A stretch of 47,928 bases of DNA from the IMG/VR virus record IMGVR_UViG_2541047918_000003; one strand, given 5' to 3'. Positions within the stretch are counted from its first letter, which is position 1. Every line of letters begins with the position of its first letter. Below are positions 1 to 9,904 of the stretch, one piece after another. The notes under the pieces are model-generated. The model made no database searches. It worked only from the letters and a program-made list of their open reading frames with translations, and was not told the DNA's origin. Made by a program: the position numbers and the translations under genes. This DNA is from a virus (lineage: Duplodnaviria > Heunggongvirae > Uroviricota > Caudoviricetes).

Positions 1-249
1 ATGCGTATTGAAATCTGCATAGCCAAAGAAAAAATGACTAAAATGCCAACCGGTGCTGTGGATGCGTTAAAGGAAGAATTAACCCGACGCATCAGTAAAC
101 GTTATGACGATGTAGAGGTGATCGTAAAAGCCACCAGCAACGATGGCCTTTCTGTTACGCGCACCGCCGATAAAGATTCAGCTAAAACTTTTGTTCAGGA
201 AACTCTGAAAGATACCTGGGAGTCTGCTGACGAGTGGTTTGTTCACTAA
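1..249 (+). CDS. DinI-like damage-inducible protein family
   Basis: 82 aa; ends ...[16 protein letters not shown], closely resembling the DinI C-terminus as recalled; ATG at position 1. Confidence 0.7.
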   Translation: MRIEICIAKEKMTKMPTGAVDALKEELTRRISKRYDDVEVIVKATSNDGLSVTRTADKDSAKTFVQETLKDTWESADEWFVH

Positions 250-366
250 TTAGCACGTAAAATCAGTAACAGCTGGAAATCATTCAATACTCGCACTATC
301 GAAAGTTAACCAGCCAGCCGCAGTATCCTGTCATGACAAGTTACTGCGGCTTTTTACTTTTTATAT

Positions 367-654
367 TTAACGGATCAACATCCAGATCAGCAGACACGCC
401 ACCACCGGCACAGCAAAATCCATCAGGCTTGCCACATCCCATGCACGTGGATCAAAACCGCCCCACCACGGCATGTTAATCCGCTTGCCATGCCCGAACA
501 TTTCAATCCAGCGATATTCTGCCTGGGTGTGTTCACGCGCAATGAAGAACGTACAACCGGCTATCGCCCCGTAAGCCCAGTTTCCGGTAAAAAGACCAGC
601 CAGTACCTGCACCGCCACGGCACAAAGCGCATGAAGTATCGACGTGATATCCAT
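367..654 (-). CDS. small hydrophobic membrane protein, unknown function
   Basis: 95 aa with two hydrophobic stretches; ATG preceded by AAGGGGAG; sits 10 nt after the stop of the 664-942 ORF. Confidence 0.45.
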   Translation of the reverse strand: MDITSILHALCAVAVQVLAGLFTGNWAYGAIAGCTFFIAREHTQAEYRWIEMFGHGKRINMPWWGGFDPRAWDVASLMDFAVPVVACLLIWMLIR

Positions 655-663
655 CTGCTCCCC

Positions 664-942
664 TTAAAACCACTCCCTGAGCGGGCGCTCTGGTGTAACC
701 ACCCACTCACGGAACACGGATTCATCAAAGCCATCGTCAAGAAGACGAATATTAACAAAGTACCCTTCGTCTCGCGTGTATTCAGGCTCCCCGTCAGCAG
801 AAACACCTGACTCACTGAACGTAAAACCAATCTCATCAACCAGAACGGCATTCTGCAGCTCTTCGTCCTCTTCCCAGTTAAGTTTCCTGAGAAATGCCCT
901 GAAATCTGCTTTATCACTGAAACGCAACGTGAAATCTCTCAC
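664..942 (-). CDS. hypothetical acidic protein, possible tail-fibre accessory protein
   Basis: 92 aa; GTG start overlapping the tail fibre stop (GTGA); GGGGAGG upstream; no family recognised. Confidence 0.4.
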   Translation of the reverse strand: MRDFTLRFSDKADFRAFLRKLNWEEDEELQNAVLVDEIGFTFSESGVSADGEPEYTRDEGYFVNIRLLDDGFDESVFREWVVTPERPLREWF

Positions 943-3002
943 TCCACAACCTCCCCAAGCTGCGCATCTGTTAGCTCTTTATGCCAGAGACGAAAATTCC
1001 TCACATGCCCAAATAAATGGCGTAATCCTGCTGTAGTTTGTCCACCAATGCGAATGGTTGCTGTACTCCGGATATATTCCCATTTGGTTTTAGTTTCGCT
1101 GCTTAACTTACCGTTACTGACTACACATGTGGACCGTTCGGACTTTACCCGCATACCAATAAGCATTTTTTCCAGCCCGGCATTTTCATTTATTCGTCGG
1201 TCTGAACCACCTATATCGCAATACGGAAAACCGTCGTACCCACCTGATGAACCAAACCCCATTACGATCCCCGCATCTGCCTGATGCCGGTATGTGTCAA
1301 AAACACGCGGTGCTGCATTTGGCGTTTTATACCAGTTCTTATGTACCTCACAAAGAACCGTAAAAGGAAGATTATAAAGATTATTCTTAATCGGAACTGT
1401 AACCATATCGCTTGCCCGCGTTACCGGTGCCGTCCCCGTAACAATAAAAGATGATGCGCCTGTACCAGCCTCAATCTGTGGAGTGGTTACATCGAGATAA
1501 TCCCCTGATGCAACCATCTGCCCTGTATCCGGAGAATACTGGACAAAACCACCAACCGTATTTTCTGTTGTATCTGCTTTTAATGTAGCCTCAAAAAATA
1601 TCCAGCCAGTTGCATCATCCTTAACAGACCTTGCTGTAACACGGCTTGTCTGACCTGTCTTGCTAATTATGCGGGTGGTAAGGTTCAGGTTTGCTGCTCC
1701 TATTGATGTCCTTACCTCCCCATCATAATGTTCAAATAAAATACGAACGGCGATATTATCAACTTCACTTTTTACCCGACAGGATATAGTTACATGCTTT
1801 TCGTCCCCTGAAGTATCAACCCCTCCGGTACTCGAATACAGTCCGATAATGGTATGCGCTTTACTTGTACCAACAATCGAATCCTGTACGACAAACCGGC
1901 CATAATTAAACCCGAAACTATCTGTGCCTGTTTCTGTAACGTCCAGTGAAGTTGACTTATTCCACTTCGAAGGGTCTGTACTGTTCTGGAAGAAGTTCGT
2001 TCTTTGTCCCTCAATAAGCAGGCCATCACACTCAAATCGCGGCTCATTAATTTCCGCCGTTTTCAGTTCGCCAGATTTGTTGATATATGTTGCCGTTGAT
2101 GCGCGACTGAAATTAACCTGTTTATCACTGGCAACCTGAACCACATTATCGCCAATCTTCACTTTTTTATAACCCGGAGAATAGCCCGTAATCATATCCA
2201 GCGAATCATTAAAGGGTATCCACACATCCGGCAGCGGCTGTAAAACATATCTGTACGGCTCTGCTGTCTGGTTTGCGTATTCTCTGGCAGCATCTTCACT
2301 TGCTTTTGCTGCCGTCTGGCTTGCTGCCGATGCTTTCGCCGAGTTCGCCGCCGCTGTTTCGCTCACCTTTGCGTTGGCTTCACTGTCTTTGGCATTCGTC
2401 TCACTGGTTTTCGCTGCCGTCTGGCTGGATTTTGCGTTTTTTTCGCTGGCCTTTGTGGCTGTCTCGCTATTTTTCGCGCTGGTTTCTGATTTTTTGGCTG
2501 CTGTCGCGGAGTTTGCCGATGCAGTCTGCGAGGCCGCTGCCGCCTGTGCGCTGTTAGCTGCATTCGTTTCTGAGGTTTTCGCCGCGTTCTTCGATGAGGC
2601 CGCTGCAGTTTCGGATTTCTTTGCCGCCGCTGCGCTCTGTGATGACGCTCCGGCATGACGTGCCACTTCATTCACCATCAGCTCAAAACGGCGCAGTGCC
2701 TCCGGACGGGCATCATCCTCCGTCATGGCACCGAGAAAATCATTCAGCGTACCTGGTCTGGAACCTTCATAGACGGTAATGGTCCCGGCATGTGAAGGCG
2801 GAAAATCTTCAACCAGCAGGGTGACGCTGTACTGGCCATACTCAACATCCATGCTGTAACGCCCGGCTTCATCCGGATTTTCAGAGGCCACCGTGTTCAC
2901 CACCACCGTGCTGCTGGTCCGTCTGGCCTTCAGCACAATGGTGCAGTTCTGTACTGGTTTTCCTGTGCCATCTTTAAGCACGCCAGAAATTTTTACTGTC
3001 AT
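939..3002 (-). CDS. stf: side tail fibre protein (Stf-like)
   Basis: 687 aa; N-terminus MTVKISGVLKDGTGKPVQNCTIVL typical of lambdoid Stf; central Ala/Ser/Thr/Lys/Glu repeats (AAKKSETAA...); divergent C-terminal domain. Confidence 0.8.
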   Translation of the reverse strand: MTVKISGVLKDGTGKPVQNCTIVLKARRTSSTVVVNTVASENPDEAGRYSMDVEYGQYSVTLLVEDFPPSHAGTITVYEGSRPGTLNDFLGAMTEDDARPEALRRFELMVNEVARHAGASSQSAAAAKKSETAAASSKNAAKTSETNAANSAQAAAASQTASANSATAAKKSETSAKNSETATKASEKNAKSSQTAAKTSETNAKDSEANAKVSETAAANSAKASAASQTAAKASEDAAREYANQTAEPYRYVLQPLPDVWIPFNDSLDMITGYSPGYKKVKIGDNVVQVASDKQVNFSRASTATYINKSGELKTAEINEPRFECDGLLIEGQRTNFFQNSTDPSKWNKSTSLDVTETGTDSFGFNYGRFVVQDSIVGTSKAHTIIGLYSSTGGVDTSGDEKHVTISCRVKSEVDNIAVRILFEHYDGEVRTSIGAANLNLTTRIISKTGQTSRVTARSVKDDATGWIFFEATLKADTTENTVGGFVQYSPDTGQMVASGDYLDVTTPQIEAGTGASSFIVTGTAPVTRASDMVTVPIKNNLYNLPFTVLCEVHKNWYKTPNAAPRVFDTYRHQADAGIVMGFGSSGGYDGFPYCDIGGSDRRINENAGLEKMLIGMRVKSERSTCVVSNGKLSSETKTKWEYIRSTATIRIGGQTTAGLRHLFGHVRNFRLWHKELTDAQLGEVVE

Positions 3003-3016
3003 ACTTTTCCACCAAT

Positions 3017-3047
3017 AAAAAAAGCCCGCAGCAGTGACGCCACGGGC
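3017..3047 (-). terminator. hairpin plus T-run between lom and stf
   Basis: GCCCG...CGGGC stem followed by T7 on the minus strand. Confidence 0.4.
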
Positions 3048-3153
3048 TTCAGGACAGTGTAACTTTACGTTTCCTCAAACGCAGTTCACCCCATAAGGCG
3101 GATGAACCTGCGTATCATAACAATATTTACAGAAGATAAATCGGCGTCTGTTG

Positions 3154-3753
3154 TCAGAAACGGTATCCGATACCAACAATAAATGCATCCGTTCGCCAGT
3201 CGCCACTGCCGGAGCCTTCATAAGCAATATCAATGGCCACGGATTCGGTCGGGTTAAACTGCACGCCAGCTCCCCACGCCAGAGAGGTATTGCTGTGGCG
3301 ACCGTCATCACTTCCGGTCAGCACGTCGTGCGTTTTCCCCTTGTTGTCAGTTACGCGGAGATAATCCCCGGAGAAAGTCGACACACGGCTGTAAGCCACA
3401 CCCGCCATCGCATACGCGCTGAACCATTCATTCACGCGCACAGACGGCCCCGCCATCACGCTGAACCAGCGGTTACGCACGGAATCTTCATGCCAGCGGG
3501 TATCGCTGTAATGCGTTTTTTGCTCATCTTTGGCATTGGCATAACTGAATGACGTCACCAGCCCCAGCGTGTCCGTAAACTCATAACGGTATTTCACGTT
3601 AATCCCGTTCAGATCATCGCTGCCTGGCATATCAGTATGGGTCTGAAGATACCCGGCGCTTAGTGTGGACTGATGCTCTGCTGCGCTCGCTGGCGTACCA
3701 GCGGCAACCAGCCAGACTACTGCGGACAGAATAACAGCACATAATTTACGCAT
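3154..3753 (-). CDS. lom: Lom outer membrane protein (Ail/Lom family)
   Basis: 199 aa; signal peptide; beta-barrel pattern ending GIGYRF; position directly after J. Confidence 0.85.
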   Translation of the reverse strand: MRKLCAVILSAVVWLVAAGTPASAAEHQSTLSAGYLQTHTDMPGSDDLNGINVKYRYEFTDTLGLVTSFSYANAKDEQKTHYSDTRWHEDSVRNRWFSVMAGPSVRVNEWFSAYAMAGVAYSRVSTFSGDYLRVTDNKGKTHDVLTGSDDGRHSNTSLAWGAGVQFNPTESVAIDIAYEGSGSGDWRTDAFIVGIGYRF

Positions 3754-3777
3754 AATTACCTCTCGCTTTTCTGCAAT

Positions 3778-3801
3778 AAAAAAGGCGCCATTTCTGGCGC
3801 C
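3778..3801 (-). terminator. intrinsic terminator after J
   Basis: Perfect 7-bp stem GGCGCCA/TGGCGCC with loop, followed by T6 on the minus strand. Confidence 0.55.
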
Positions 3802-3820
3802 CGTATTGGGGTTATAAAAT

Positions 3821-6800
3821 TCAGCTAATCGTGATGCCTGCAGTGGCTTTCTTCATCACAACAACCAGCAAATCGCTGATACTTGCTGTGGGATACCAGC
3901 CATTTACCCACCATGCTGATACAGAAAACTCCAGCGTCATGTGGCCGCGACCAGCAGGCATATCAATAACACCACTGTAAACCAGCGTATTATCCATCGC
4001 GGTACGGTTATAAATTTCAGCACCGTTTTTCTTCACTATCAGGCGGCATGACGAATAAGTATCGCTGTTCTCCCGCTCATGTCTGGCACCGCTGAAAGCC
4101 ACCGCCGGAATAACAATCTGCCGGTTAAACGGCTGATCGTCATAAACCCTGACGGTAATGGTTCCTGATGGCCAACGCTTCGGTGCACGGGAGTCACGAG
4201 GGAAAGCCTTACCCACTGTTTTAACGAGATCGCCTTCAATCTGGTTTGCAGACAGTTTCCCTCTGATGACACAGTTCTCGTTAATGGTGACATTATTGAG
4301 CGTGCCGGTATTCGCCGTGATGGCTCCACTGATATCCGCATTGCGGGCTGTCAGCCTGCCATCCGGCGTCAGGGAAAACGTCGGAGGATTGCCGGATGAC
4401 GTGATGCTCACCGCAAACAGTCGCTTCAGGAACACGTCGTTCATGAACAGCTGATTCCCCTGCGCCACAAACAGCGGCGTGGTGTTGCCGTTCTCCGGGG
4501 TAATCATCGCAATGCGATCGGCCTGCAGCAGAATGTTACTCAGGGTCTGACCATCAACATCCTCAATCCCCGCGCCAATCCCGGCCACATAGGGAATACC
4601 GTTTTTTGTTTTCTGCACCTTCAGCATATACATGGCATTCAGCTCATTGCGCGTGTCTGACTGAACCCGCTGGATTTGCTGTATGGTCACGGCCTGGTCA
4701 CCCAGCTTTTTATCCGTGGTCGAGGTAATTTCACTCCCTTTTTTATCCACGTACTGGCGGACCTGTGCTATCTGTCGGGCGTTTTCTGACTGCCCCTGGC
4801 TGACAGTCTGTGAGATTTCACTGCTCACCCGGTCCACTTTCTGGCTCACCTGCGCGATGGCCAGTGTCTGGTCCTCATTCTTTTTCGCAACCAGCTGCGT
4901 GAGGCTGTTTTCCGCCTTCCCGATTTTCCGGGTCACTTCTGCGATATCCGTGTCCATCCGCTGACGGATATCTTCTTCCAGTTGCGTGACCTCCGTACGC
5001 AGCGCTGAAGCATCAATGCGCTCTTTCAGTGCCTGACCCAGAAGCGTCTCATCTATCAGCCCCCGGAAAATTTCCAGATACCCTTCACCATCATTGCTGG
5101 GCTGCCCGCTGGCTTCCACAAAAGCAGATTTTCCCACCAGGTTGACGCTTCGCACGTAAAACCAGAAATCCGTCCCCGGCTTAATCCGGCTCCCCTGGAC
5201 AGTCCACTGACTGCCGGTCCCCAGATAACGGGCAGATTTTTCCACCTGTGCTGTGTTCGTGATGCGTTTTTCTGAGAACCAGAATTCAAACTGTACCGTC
5301 GGGTCATACACCGCAAGACGCGGGACCGCCGTTATCTGAAAATACCCCGGCGTCAGCTCAATGGTGGCGGGTTTTGCAGGTGCGTTAATCCGGAACGATA
5401 CCGACGCCGGATCGCCCTGCTGTCCCCGGGCATTTACCGCCCGGACCGTCAGCGTGTAACGCCCCAGCGCCAGCTGCCTGAAGCGGTAAGTGGTTTCCGC
5501 CGTCCGGGCCGTGCTGACCAGCCGCTCACTGCCGTCATCCGCTGTTACGGTCAGACGGAGCAGGAAGCTCACGCCCTTCACCACCTTCGGCGTGTCCCAG
5601 CGCGCCAGCACCTGATATTCCCCGCTGTCTGCGGTGACTTCGGCGGTCAGGTGCTGCACCGCTGGCGGCGTGACACCATTCACCGTGCCGCTCTGGTCGC
5701 CGTCAAAGTGCGCTCCGTTATCCACGATGGCCTCTTTTTCCGGTACATGCTGCACGGCGGTGATGGCATACGCACCGTCATCGTTCTCCCGGATACTCAC
5801 ACAGCGGAACAGGCGCTGGCGCAGCGTCGGCAGCTTCAGCCCCCACACGCTGTATTCGGCAACGCCGTCAGGAATACGGCTCACTTTCACCTTCACGCCG
5901 TCGGTGACGGACTGGACCTCCACGCTGACCGGATTCCCACTTCCGTCAACCAGGCTTATCAGCGTGGTGCCGGAGGATGACAGCATGATTTCACGGTCGA
6001 GCGTCAGCGTCCGGGTCTGGCTGTTCACCGCCAGCACGCGCCCGCCGGTGCTGATACCGGCATAGTCATCATCACAGATTTCAATGACATCGCCCGGAAC
6101 ATGGCGAAGCCCTTCTGCGCCGACGCTGAAGTCCACGGTCTGCGTTTCCAGCAGTTCTGTTTTAATCAGCCACAGCCCGGCGCGGTGTGCCTGCCCCCGG
6201 CTGGTACAGCCAAAGGCATCCATCTTCGTGACGTTACGACCGTAACGGGCAATGGCCTGCGTGTCCTCCACAAGCTCTGTTGCCGTCTCCCAGCCGTTAT
6301 CCGGGTCAATCCAGTTCACCTCAACGGCATTATGGCGGTCCTTCAGGGCGCTGAAGCTGTAGCGGAACGGCGCGCCATCATCCGGCATCACCACATTACT
6401 GCGGTTATAGGTCCACACCTTATCCGACGGTCGGTCCTGCACGAACGTCAGCGTCTGCCCGTTCCATACCGGCATACAGCGCATCGCCGAGCAAAAATCA
6501 CTGAGCACATCCCACGCCTTGCGCTGTGTGGTCAGGTACGCATTACAGGTGATGCGCGGCTCCGTGCCGCCAAAGCCGTCCGGCACTGACTGGTCGCAGT
6601 ACTGGCCGATGACATACAGCGCCCATTTATCCACATCCGCTGCACCAAGACGTTTCCCCATGCCGTAGCGCGGATGGGTCAGCATATCCCACAGACACCA
6701 GGCCATGTTGTTGCTGTATGCCGGTTTAAACGTTCCGTCCCAGATACCGCTGTATTGCCGCGTCTGCGGGTTATAATTCGACGGCACCTGCAGAATACGC

Positions 6801-7519
6801 CCGCGCAGATGATAATTACGGCTCACCTGCTGGCTGCCGAACTGTTCCGAGTCCACCTGTACGCCGACCAGTGCCGTGTTCGGGTAGCACTGTTTCACAT
6901 CGATGATTTCGGTGTATGACGACCAGAGCGTTTTGTTCTGCAGCTGGTCTGTGGTGCTGTCCGGCGTCATCCTGCGCATCCGGATATTAAACGGGCGCGG
7001 CGGCAGGTTATCCACCACCACCGAGGCCAGATACTGCGAGGTGGTTTTGCCTTTAATGGTGATGTCTTTTTCCGTCACCCAGCCACCATTACGCTGTATC
7101 TGAACCAGCAGGCGGACTTCCGACGGATTCCGGTCACCCTTTGAGGTGGTTTCCACCAGTGCCTGCACACCGAAGGTAAAGCGCAGACGGTCGATGTTTG
7201 CCGACGTGATGGTGCGGGTGATCGGCGTGTCATATTTCACTTCTGTACCGAGCACCGTCTCGGAGCCGGAGGATTCAAAACCTTCCGGCGGTGTCTGCTC
7301 CTGCTCACCTGCCCGGAACACCACCGTGACGCCGGAGATGTTGGTATTCCCCTCACTGTCCAGCACCGGCGTACTGTTCAGCAGCACGCTTTTTAATCCA
7401 TCCACCGGACCTTCAATCGGCCCTTCGCTGATGGCATCAATCACACTCAGCAACTGCGTGGATTTCAGGTTGTCCTTCGCTTCGCGCGGGGTATGCCCCT
7501 TACTGCTTCCTTTGCCCAT
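3821..7519 (-). CDS. J: tail tip host-specificity protein J
   Basis: 1232 aa; lambda J-like N-terminal and central regions; fibronectin-like region and divergent C-terminal receptor-binding region. Confidence 0.9.
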   Translation of the reverse strand: MGKGSSKGHTPREAKDNLKSTQLLSVIDAISEGPIEGPVDGLKSVLLNSTPVLDSEGNTNISGVTVVFRAGEQEQTPPEGFESSGSETVLGTEVKYDTPITRTITSANIDRLRFTFGVQALVETTSKGDRNPSEVRLLVQIQRNGGWVTEKDITIKGKTTSQYLASVVVDNLPPRPFNIRMRRMTPDSTTDQLQNKTLWSSYTEIIDVKQCYPNTALVGVQVDSEQFGSQQVSRNYHLRGRILQVPSNYNPQTRQYSGIWDGTFKPAYSNNMAWCLWDMLTHPRYGMGKRLGAADVDKWALYVIGQYCDQSVPDGFGGTEPRITCNAYLTTQRKAWDVLSDFCSAMRCMPVWNGQTLTFVQDRPSDKVWTYNRSNVVMPDDGAPFRYSFSALKDRHNAVEVNWIDPDNGWETATELVEDTQAIARYGRNVTKMDAFGCTSRGQAHRAGLWLIKTELLETQTVDFSVGAEGLRHVPGDVIEICDDDYAGISTGGRVLAVNSQTRTLTLDREIMLSSSGTTLISLVDGSGNPVSVEVQSVTDGVKVKVSRIPDGVAEYSVWGLKLPTLRQRLFRCVSIRENDDGAYAITAVQHVPEKEAIVDNGAHFDGDQSGTVNGVTPPAVQHLTAEVTADSGEYQVLARWDTPKVVKGVSFLLRLTVTADDGSERLVSTARTAETTYRFRQLALGRYTLTVRAVNARGQQGDPASVSFRINAPAKPATIELTPGYFQITAVPRLAVYDPTVQFEFWFSEKRITNTAQVEKSARYLGTGSQWTVQGSRIKPGTDFWFYVRSVNLVGKSAFVEASGQPSNDGEGYLEIFRGLIDETLLGQALKERIDASALRTEVTQLEEDIRQRMDTDIAEVTRKIGKAENSLTQLVAKKNEDQTLAIAQVSQKVDRVSSEISQTVSQGQSENARQIAQVRQYVDKKGSEITSTTDKKLGDQAVTIQQIQRVQSDTRNELNAMYMLKVQKTKNGIPYVAGIGAGIEDVDGQTLSNILLQADRIAMITPENGNTTPLFVAQGNQLFMNDVFLKRLFAVSITSSGNPPTFSLTPDGRLTARNADISGAITANTGTLNNVTINENCVIRGKLSANQIEGDLVKTVGKAFPRDSRAPKRWPSGTITVRVYDDQPFNRQIVIPAVAFSGARHERENSDTYSSCRLIVKKNGAEIYNRTAMDNTLVYSGVIDMPAGRGHMTLEFSVSAWWVNGWYPTASISDLLVVVMKKATAGITIS

Positions 7520-7530
7520 TCGTCATGCTC

Positions 7531-7560
7531 CATAAACGACAAAACCGCCCGGAGGCGGTT
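7531..7560 (-). terminator. terminator-like hairpin between I and J
   Basis: AACCGCC CGGA GGCGGTT stem-loop followed by a T-rich run on the minus strand. Confidence 0.35.
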
Positions 7561-7579
7561 TCACATGAAATATTTTGCA

Positions 7580-8227
7580 TCAGCGGCCAATCACCACAAC
7601 CTGACCACCGTCCCCTTCATCTGCCGTGCTGATCTCCTGAGAAACCACACGAGACCCCACGCGCATTTCACCGTACAGAACAGGCAGAACATTGCCCTGG
7701 GCAACCATGTTATCCAGTGATGAGAAATAGGTGTTCTGCTTACCGTTATCCGTGCTGGTCGCTGTGGGCGTCCGGGCTTTCGGTGCCAGCATCTGGGCCA
7801 CACCACCCAGGATCATACTGGCCCCTGCCGCATACATGCCCGATACAGCCGCGGCACCCAGCCAGCCCACAGGGTTCCACCATGCCACCGCAATCAGCGC
7901 CGCCCCCAGCACCACCTGAAACACACCGCCACTTTTAGCTCCCGCCAGACGCGGCACGATGTGGATCACGGCACCATTTGCCAGCGGCTCATTAAGACGG
8001 GCAGATAATTCGGTTTCACCTGCATCACGCCCGGCAATGCGCACCTGATACCAGCCGTCATTCAGTTTCTGACGAAACGCCGGGAGCTGTGTGGACAACG
8101 CCCGGATGGCTTCAGCCCCCGTTTTTACACGAAGGTCGATGCGGCGGCCAAATCGTTGTAAATCCCCGTAAAGGCAGATGCGTGCCATGCCCGGTGACGC
8201 CAGAGGGAGTGTGTGCGTCGCTGCCAT
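7580..8227 (-). CDS. I: tail assembly protein I
   Basis: 215 aa; MAATHTLPLASPGMARICLYGDL... and C-terminus as in lambda I. Confidence 0.85.
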   Translation of the reverse strand: MAATHTLPLASPGMARICLYGDLQRFGRRIDLRVKTGAEAIRALSTQLPAFRQKLNDGWYQVRIAGRDAGETELSARLNEPLANGAVIHIVPRLAGAKSGGVFQVVLGAALIAVAWWNPVGWLGAAAVSGMYAAGASMILGGVAQMLAPKARTPTATSTDNGKQNTYFSSLDNMVAQGNVLPVLYGEMRVGSRVVSQEISTADEGDGGQVVVIGR

Positions 8228-8868
8228 TTGTCGGTATACCTCTCTCGTTTGCTCAGTTGTTCAGGAATATGGTGCAACAGCTCACCGTCGCCGCAGTAAA
8301 TGGCGGCATGATTCGGCACCGATGAACCAAAACAGCACAGCAGCACATCGCCCGGCTGCGCCGCTGACAACGGCACCTGATACAGCCCTGTGGCCTCCAG
8401 ATTATCCAGATAGAGATTCTGGCCGTTACACCACCAGTCATCCTCACGATGAAAGTCCGGCATCTCAATCCCCGCCAGATGATAAGCATCCCGGAACAGC
8501 GTGTAACAGTCCGTCGCCCCGTGCTCAAAGCGCCGCCCGGTAAGATGCGGCACACAGCGGAATTTATGAATCTCACCCCGGCAGACCAGCCACCAAGGCA
8601 AATCGCTCTGCACCTGCAGCCGCCTGTCAGCCTCACTCAGCCAGGGCAGGCCACCGGGGTGGCTGTGGACCAGCGCCACAATCTCACCCTGCATCTCTGC
8701 CCGCAGCCAGTCCTCCGGCGACATCCGGAAATACGCCTCCGGCTCACCGGAGATATTCACGCAGGGAAAATATCTTTCCCCTTCCGGCGTTCTCACCACG
8801 AAGCCGCACGACTCCGCTGGCGCACATCGCCGGGCGTGCGCCAGAATCGCTGATTCTGTCTGTGTCAT
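8125..8868 (-). CDS. K: tail assembly protein K (JAB/MPN plus NlpC/P60-like)
   Basis: MTQTESAILAHARRCAPAESCGFVV...; HSHP metal motif; ATG at 8868 four nt after the L stop; 103-nt overlap with I in another frame. Confidence 0.8.
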   Translation of the reverse strand: MTQTESAILAHARRCAPAESCGFVVRTPEGERYFPCVNISGEPEAYFRMSPEDWLRAEMQGEIVALVHSHPGGLPWLSEADRRLQVQSDLPWWLVCRGEIHKFRCVPHLTGRRFEHGATDCYTLFRDAYHLAGIEMPDFHREDDWWCNGQNLYLDNLEATGLYQVPLSAAQPGDVLLCCFGSSVPNHAAIYCGDGELLHHIPEQLSKRERYTDKWQRRTHSLWRHRAWHASAFTGIYNDLAAASTFV

Positions 8869-8872
8869 GGGA

Positions 8873-9571
8873 TTACTGCGAAAGTTTGTTAATGGAAAGG
8901 AAGCCGCCAAAGTTGCCGACGTTATTGCGGAACTTACAACCACTCAGGCATTTGCTGCATTTATCCTTCGTGATATCGGACGTCGGCTGGTCATATTCAT
9001 CCGCAACCGCCGGACCGTGATAACCGCACTCATCACCGCGATAGGTCCAGGTGCAGGTGTTGGCCAGCATGGTACGTCCCGGAAAAACAGCACCATCCGT
9101 TTCCGTCGGCGTGGACAGTACAAAAGAGGCACTCACCGCGCTCAGTTCGCTGCACTGCTCGATGCGCCAGCGGCTGATCACCTCCTGCTCTGGATCGGCT
9201 TCGCTGTTTCCGTTGACGAAGTTCACCACATCCAGAAAACGGGCGTAAACCTTACGCCTGACCACCGTTCCGCCGACCAGACTCTGCAGGTCTTCCGCCA
9301 TCCCGGTGACCATGCCGTGCAGATTAGAGACTTTCAGCGTTGGCCTTGCACTGGCTCCTTTGCCGTTCATCTCAAATCCACTTCCCTGAATGGGATAGGC
9401 CTGATACTGCCGCCCCTGCCAGGTGACTGGTTCACCTTTTTCGTTCTGCTCATTACAGAAGAAATAACGATCTCCGCCGACCTCTGTCAGATCAATTTCC
9501 CAGAGCACGACCAGCGCGGATTGCTCCGTTTTAGTGCACTCATTGAGTGTTTCCTGCTGTATATCCTGCAT
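8873..9571 (-). CDS. L: minor tail protein L
   Basis: 232 aa; lambda L-like with C-terminal Cys cluster; ATGA overlap with the M stop. Confidence 0.85.
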   Translation of the reverse strand: MQDIQQETLNECTKTEQSALVVLWEIDLTEVGGDRYFFCNEQNEKGEPVTWQGRQYQAYPIQGSGFEMNGKGASARPTLKVSNLHGMVTGMAEDLQSLVGGTVVRRKVYARFLDVVNFVNGNSEADPEQEVISRWRIEQCSELSAVSASFVLSTPTETDGAVFPGRTMLANTCTWTYRGDECGYHGPAVADEYDQPTSDITKDKCSKCLSGCKFRNNVGNFGGFLSINKLSQ

Positions 9572-9870
9572 CAGTGAGTGACCTCTTCAAAGGTACAGTT
9601 AAAATCGGTATACATGGCATTATCCGAAATGCTCCACTCCCTGCAGACAACCCGGACAGTCCTGTTGTGTTTTGGCGGACGCCACAAAAAAGCACGAACC
9701 CCGGCATGACGGGATAAAAAACTGTCCAGCGCGGCACGGGAATATTCATCCGTGACACGAAATACCGGTTTAAACGTTTTCAGATCTGCATTCAGACCAC
9801 CAGCCCGTCGCTGTTCATATCCGTCACCGAACTTTACCGTAATAACAGATGGCTTTCGTGTCGTCTCCAT
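9571..9870 (-). CDS. M: minor tail protein M
   Basis: Lambda M-like (KPSVITVKFGDGYEQR...); ATG at 9870 preceded by GAGGGG; the track ORF extends further upstream from a weaker start. Confidence 0.75.
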   Translation of the reverse strand: METTRKPSVITVKFGDGYEQRRAGGLNADLKTFKPVFRVTDEYSRAALDSFLSRHAGVRAFLWRPPKHNRTVRVVCREWSISDNAMYTDFNCTFEEVTH

Positions 9871-9904
9871 CCCCTCGCGGGGGATCCAGTTAAAAACTTC
9901 AGAC

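Noticed and set aside
2270-2650. Short tandem DNA repeats that might suggest a CRISPR array
   Set aside because: Imperfect 21-bp coding repeats with no unique spacers and no cas genes; they encode the fibre heptad repeats.
2363-2671. Highly basic Arg/Gln/Pro-rich 102-aa ORF and an Ala/Phe-rich ORF inside the tail fibre gene
   Set aside because: Alternative-frame readings of the repetitive fibre DNA; repeat-driven artefacts.
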